Positions 54,720-60,216 of a stretch of 60,216 bases of DNA are shown piece after piece (position 1 is the stretch's first letter; every line of letters begins with the position of its first letter). Both the position numbers and the translations under genes were made by a program. Where the stretch lies: NCBI GenBank assembly GCA_021790115.1, contig JAJYIM010000005.1, forward strand, positions 1 through 60,216, given 5' to 3'. The notes under the pieces were generated by a model. It did no database searches. It was given only the letters and a program-made list of their open reading frames with translations, and was not told the DNA's origin. This DNA comes from Actinomycetes bacterium (GTDB taxonomy: Bacteria > Actinomycetota > Thermoleophilia > BMS3ABIN01).

Positions 54720-56936
54720 TCACTTTTTTCCGCTAACCATTGCCTCAAGCGAGCCTTGCCAGGCCTGCTCCACCTGCGCCACCGGGACGCTGACAACAGC
54801 TGCGCCGCCGGCTTTGATCACCAACTTGCCGCCGCCTGTCTGGCCGATCTTCCTTAGCGGCAGGCCAGCCGCCAGCCCGCGCAGGCGCTCCACATCCGCG
54901 GGCACCGCCGTTAGCACAATCAATCCGGGCGCCTCGCCAAACAGGAGGATGTCTGCCCGCCGGCCCGGCTCCATCTCAATGACGACGCCAACGGCGCCGG
55001 CAATCGCCGACTCGGCCAGGCAGCAGGCCAGGCCGCCGTCACTGACATCGTGAGCGCTTCTCACCAGTCCTTTAAGGATAGCTTCCCTTACCAGCAATTG
55101 CATCTTTTTTTCCAGCTCAAGGTCAACGTCGGGGATTCGTCCCGCCACCTCGCCGTAAATGCGCAGCTGGTACTCGGAGCCGTCCATGGCCGGCCGGGCG
55201 CTGCCCAGCAGCAGAACGGCGTCGCCCTCCTCCTTGAAGGCGAGGGTCTGAATGCGGCCGGTGTCCTCGACAAGGCCCATCATGCCGATGACCGGGTTGG
55301 GATAGATGGCCTTGCCAAAGCTTTCGTTATAAAAACTGACGTTGCCGCCGGTGACCGGCGTCTCCAGCGCCCGGCAGGCCTCCTTCATGCCGGCCACCGC
55401 CTCCTTGAACTGGTAATAAATGCCGCCCTTCTCCGGATTGCCAAAGTTAAGGCAGTTGGTGACCGCCAGCGGCCTCGCTCCCACGCAGGAGAGGTTGCGG
55501 GCCGCCTCCGCGACCACGGCGCGGGCGCCGCGGCGCGGGTCCAGGTAGCAGCGGCGGCCGTTGCCGTCAGTGGTAAAGGCGACCCCCTGGCGGCGCCCCT
55601 TGAGGCGCAGCACCGCCGCCTCGCCGCCCGGCCAGAGGGCGTTATTGGTCTGCACCATGTGGTCATACTGCTGCCAGACCCAGCGCCGGGAGCAGATATT
55701 GGGCGAAGCCAGCAGCGTCAGCAGGATTTCATTCAGGTTGGCCGGCTGAGGGTAATGGCCTTCCGCCAGGGGCTCATCGGTCTCATGCGCGGGCCTCACC
55801 GGCTCAACAAGATAAGTCGGCGCTTCGTCAACAAGGGCCGCCACCGGCATGTCGCCGATCAGCCCGGCGCCGTTGAAGACGCGCAGGCGGCCGCTGCCGG
55901 TCACCTTGCCGACCACAGTGGCGTCCAGGTCCCACTTGGCACAAATCCCCTTGACCGCCTCCTCGTTTTCTGGTATGACGCAGGCGAGCATCCGCTCCTG
56001 CGACTCGGAGATCATGATCTCGAAAGGCTCCATGCCCTCCTCGCGCAGGGGCACCCGGGAGATATCCAGGTCGATGCCGGAGCCGCCCTTGCTGGCCATC
56101 TCGCTGGCGGAGCTGGAGAGGCCGCCGGCGCCCAAATCCTGAAGACCGACAAGCAGGCCCTCGTCCCGCATCTGAAGGCATGCCTCCAACAGTTTCTTTT
56201 CCGTGAAGGGATCGCCCACCTGAACGGTCGGCCGCTTTTCGCCGGCAGTCTCGTCAAATTCGGCCGAGGCGAGAATGCTGGCGCCGCCAATGCCGTCGCG
56301 GCCGGTAGTGGAGCCAACCAGAAGAATCAGGTTTCCCTCGCCCCGGGCCGAGGCTTTTAAAATATCGCCGTGCCTGACGAGGCCGGCACACATCACATTT
56401 ACGAGGCAGTTGTCCTCATAGGAATCCTCAAAGTGGATCTCGCCGCCAATGGTGGGGATGCCCATGCAGTTGCCGTAAGCGGCGACGCCGGCCACCACCC
56501 CCTCCAGCAGGAACTGCTGGCGCGCTTTTTCCAGCGAGCCGAAGTGCAGGGGATCCAGGCAGGCGATCGGGCGGGCGCCCATGGCAAAGATGTCGCGGAC
56601 GATGCCGCCAATGCCGGTGGCCGCCCCCTGGAACGGCTCAATCGCCGAAGGATGATTGTGGCTCTCAATCTTCATGGCGATGGCAAGGCCGCCGCCGATG
56701 TCAACAACGCCGGCGTTTTCACCTGGGCCCTGGAGGATGCAGTCGCCGCCGACAGGAAGATCCTTCAGCAGCGGCCGCGAGTGTTTGTAACCGCAGTGCT
56801 CGCTCCACATCAGCGAGAAAATCGCCAGCTCAACGTAGTTGGGCTCGCGGCCCAGGCGGGCGCAGATGTCGTCGTACTCCCTGGCCTTGAGGCCGAGGAG
56901 CTCGTAGGCGGGTTTGGAGCCGGCCTTATTGGTCAT
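54720..56936 (-). CDS. purL: FGAM synthase large subunit
   Basis: MWSEHC, ESHNHPS, QDLGAGG, SESQERM, GGNVSFYN, HDVSDGG. Confidence 0.97.
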   Translation of the reverse strand: MTNKAGSKPAYELLGLKAREYDDICARLGREPNYVELAIFSLMWSEHCGYKHSRPLLKDLPVGGDCILQGPGENAGVVDIGGGLAIAMKIESHNHPSAIEPFQGAATGIGGIVRDIFAMGARPIACLDPLHFGSLEKARQQFLLEGVVAGVAAYGNCMGIPTIGGEIHFEDSYEDNCLVNVMCAGLVRHGDILKASARGEGNLILLVGSTTGRDGIGGASILASAEFDETAGEKRPTVQVGDPFTEKKLLEACLQMRDEGLLVGLQDLGAGGLSSSASEMASKGGSGIDLDISRVPLREEGMEPFEIMISESQERMLACVIPENEEAVKGICAKWDLDATVVGKVTGSGRLRVFNGAGLIGDMPVAALVDEAPTYLVEPVRPAHETDEPLAEGHYPQPANLNEILLTLLASPNICSRRWVWQQYDHMVQTNNALWPGGEAAVLRLKGRRQGVAFTTDGNGRRCYLDPRRGARAVVAEAARNLSCVGARPLAVTNCLNFGNPEKGGIYYQFKEAVAGMKEACRALETPVTGGNVSFYNESFGKAIYPNPVIGMMGLVEDTGRIQTLAFKEEGDAVLLLGSARPAMDGSEYQLRIYGEVAGRIPDVDLELEKKMQLLVREAILKGLVRSAHDVSDGGLACCLAESAIAGAVGVVIEMEPGRRADILLFGEAPGLIVLTAVPADVERLRGLAAGLPLRKIGQTGGGKLVIKAGGAAVVSVPVAQVEQAWQGSLEAMVSGKK

Positions 56937-56996
56937 CAGTTCCGGGTTTCGAGTTGCGCGTTGCGAGTTGCTGTGGGAAAATTGCGATCTTGGCTG

Positions 56997-57731
56997 TCAT
57001 ATTCTTGCCTGCGCGATGCTGCTGATGATTGATTCAAACACGCCGCGGCCGTCAGATCCACCGACAACGGGGTCGCAGACCCGCTCCGGATGAGGCATGA
57101 GGCCAAAAACGTTGCCTGCCCGGTTGCAGATGCCGGCGACATTGCCCAGCGAGCCGTTCGGGTTGGCGTTTTTTGTGACTTCTCCCGACGGGTCGCAATA
57201 CCTGACTACGATCTGGCCATGCGCTTCCAGCTCCGCCAGGCCGGCCGCGCCGACGAAATAGTTTCCTTCCATATGGGCAATTGGAATCCGGATAACTTGA
57301 CCTTGTTTATACTTGTTAGTAAAAGGCGTGACCGCGTTTTCCACCCGCAGGTTGACCAGCCGGCAGACGAATTTCAGCCCCTCGTTGCGGTGCATGGCGC
57401 CGGGGAGCAGCCCCGCCTCCAGCAGGATCTGGAAGCCGTTGCAGATGCCGATCACGAGGCCGCCGTCCCCGGCGAAACGCCTGACGGCCTTCATGATTGG
57501 TGAAAAGCGGGCGATGGCACCCGAACGCAGGTAATCCCCATAGGAGAAGCCGCCGGGGAGAATGACGCAGTCAAGGCCGTCCAGCTCCATGTCCTTGTGC
57601 CAGAGATAGCGCGCGCCGGCGGCCGCAAACGTACCCACGGCGTCATAACTGTCGGCGTCGCAGTTGGAGCCGGGGAAAACGACGATCCCAAAGCGGACGG
57701 TCCTATTCTTGGTCTGTGACAGGGCAGACAA
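56997..57731 (-). CDS. purQ: FGAM synthase glutaminase subunit
   Basis: [28 protein letters not shown]; start TTG 57731 inferred. Confidence 0.96.
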   Translation of the reverse strand: MSALSQTKNRTVRFGIVVFPGSNCDADSYDAVGTFAAAGARYLWHKDMELDGLDCVILPGGFSYGDYLRSGAIARFSPIMKAVRRFAGDGGLVIGICNGFQILLEAGLLPGAMHRNEGLKFVCRLVNLRVENAVTPFTNKYKQGQVIRIPIAHMEGNYFVGAAGLAELEAHGQIVVRYCDPSGEVTKNANPNGSLGNVAGICNRAGNVFGLMPHPERVCDPVVGGSDGRGVFESIISSIAQARI

Positions 57732-57750
57732 TTCCTGATCTAATCGTGAT

Positions 57751-57990
57751 CTAGCCGGGCACGAGCTCGTACCGGAAGTCCTCAATGATCGGGTTGGCCA
57801 GCAAGTTTTGGCACATTTTGTCTACTTCATCAACAGAATCCTCGCCGCCGGGCAGGTCAAGCTCGATGTACTTGCCGACGCGCACGTTGCCGACGCCCGC
57901 AAACCCCAGCGCCGGCAAGGCCCGCTCGATGGCCGCGCCCTGGGGATCCAAAATCCCCTTTTTGGGTGTGATATAGACTTTTGCCCTCAT
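57751..57990 (-). CDS. purS: FGAM synthase subunit PurS
   Basis: [18 protein letters not shown]. Confidence 0.96.
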   Translation of the reverse strand: MRAKVYITPKKGILDPQGAAIERALPALGFAGVGNVRVGKYIELDLPGGEDSVDEVDKMCQNLLANPIIEDFRYELVPG

Positions 57991-58081
57991 GACCTTTCCT
58001 CCGAATTTCGGTTTCTGGTTTCGGGTTAAAACAGCGCCACAATCAGGAAAACTGGAAACTTTAAGCTCGAAACAAGAGATT

Positions 58082-58789
58082 TCATTTCTCGACTCTTTTC
58101 AACATCTCCGCATACGCTTCTTCGACGTCGCCCAGGTCGCGGCGGAAACGGTCTTTGTCCAACTTCTTTTTTGTATTCGCATCCCAAAAGCGGCAGGTGT
58201 CGGGGCTGATCTCGTCCCCGAGGACGATGTTGCCCTCGCTATCCTTGCCAAATTCCAGCTTGAAATCAACAAGCATCACGCCGCGCTCGGCGAAGAACTT
58301 TGACAGGACGGCGTTAATCTTTAGCGCCAGCCGCTTGATTTCGCCAAGCTCCTCGCCGCCGACCAGCGCCAACTCCTCGATGTGGACCTCGGTCACCAGC
58401 GGGTCGCCGAGGGAGTCATTCTTGAGGAAAAACTCCAGCAGCGGCTGCTTCATCTGCGCGCCTTCCTCAAATCCCAGGCGCTTGCAGATGGAGCCGGCGG
58501 CGTAATTTCTGACGACAACCTCGACCGGGTACATCTGAAGCTTCTTGCAAAGCAGCGTGTCTTCGAAGATCAGGTCCACCAGCTGCGTGGCGATGCCGTG
58601 CTCCTCCAGCAGCCGGAAAAGGATGGCGGAGATCCTGGCGTTGCACACGCCCTTGCGGGCGATCTGGCCCTTCTTCTTGCCGTCGAAGGCGGTGGCGTCG
58701 TCCTTGAACTGTTGCGCCACTTCGTTGGGGTCTTCAGTGGCCCAGACAATCTTGGCTTTGCCTTCGTACAGTTTGTTTTCCCTTGTCAT
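58082..58789 (-). CDS. purC: SAICAR synthetase
   Basis: YEGKAK, EVVVRN, DFKLEFG, DEISPDTCRFWD, DKDRFR. Confidence 0.97.
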   Translation of the reverse strand: MTRENKLYEGKAKIVWATEDPNEVAQQFKDDATAFDGKKKGQIARKGVCNARISAILFRLLEEHGIATQLVDLIFEDTLLCKKLQMYPVEVVVRNYAAGSICKRLGFEEGAQMKQPLLEFFLKNDSLGDPLVTEVHIEELALVGGEELGEIKRLALKINAVLSKFFAERGVMLVDFKLEFGKDSEGNIVLGDEISPDTCRFWDANTKKKLDKDRFRRDLGDVEEAYAEMLKRVEK

Positions 58790-58819
58790 GTTACCAGCTT
58801 CCTGTTGTTTGCCAATTGT

Positions 58820-60121
<1,302 letters not shown>

Positions 60122-60216
60122 ACGGCCTCTTATCCGGTTGCAGATCGCTAAGCAATAGAACGCCTTATTATTTAACGAACCGGGCAGGACGTCCAGCCCG
60201 GAAGGCAGATGAAAAC

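Noticed and set aside
55050-56360. Long antisense ORFs (this one; also 7066..7956, 18807..19820, 33366..34196, 47142..48095, 51200..52102, 53231..54133)
   Set aside because: Shadow frames opposite well-conserved genes, expected in high-GC DNA.

Overview
Mostly high-GC core genome of what looks like an anaerobic Actinomycetota (Thermoleophilia-like; inferred from gene order and content only). It carries trpF-B-A, rsmD-coaD-DUF177-rpmF, pfkA, tal, tkt, a pur operon (purB-C-S-Q-L-F-M-N-H), three tRNAs (Lys, Glu, Val) and Wood-Ljungdahl-type genes (fhs, folD, cooC, acsV/RACo) next to larC. Several signals are absent from the ORF track. (1) An AT-richer block at 1-~2200 encodes an apparent RRE-dependent RiPP system: a 35-aa precursor with a YxxP leader motif (2035-2142, minus), a stem-loop, an HprK-like kinase, a PqqD/RRE protein and a GT2 glycosyltransferase. 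The cluster runs off the left edge. (2) A YuzD/DUF1462-like thioredoxin-fold ORF has an in-frame UGA in a CxxxU motif followed by a SECIS-like hairpin (11844-12164), making it a probable selenoprotein; it lies downstream of a DUF523 + ThiI-like pair. (3) Two copies of a 179-bp hairpin element show many compensatory base changes, and each begins at a stop codon. (4) A multi-hairpin candidate ncRNA lies between pfkA and rpmF. (5) There are two REP families and a frameshifted RAYT transposase. All family assignments come from motif recognition by eye; no searches were run.
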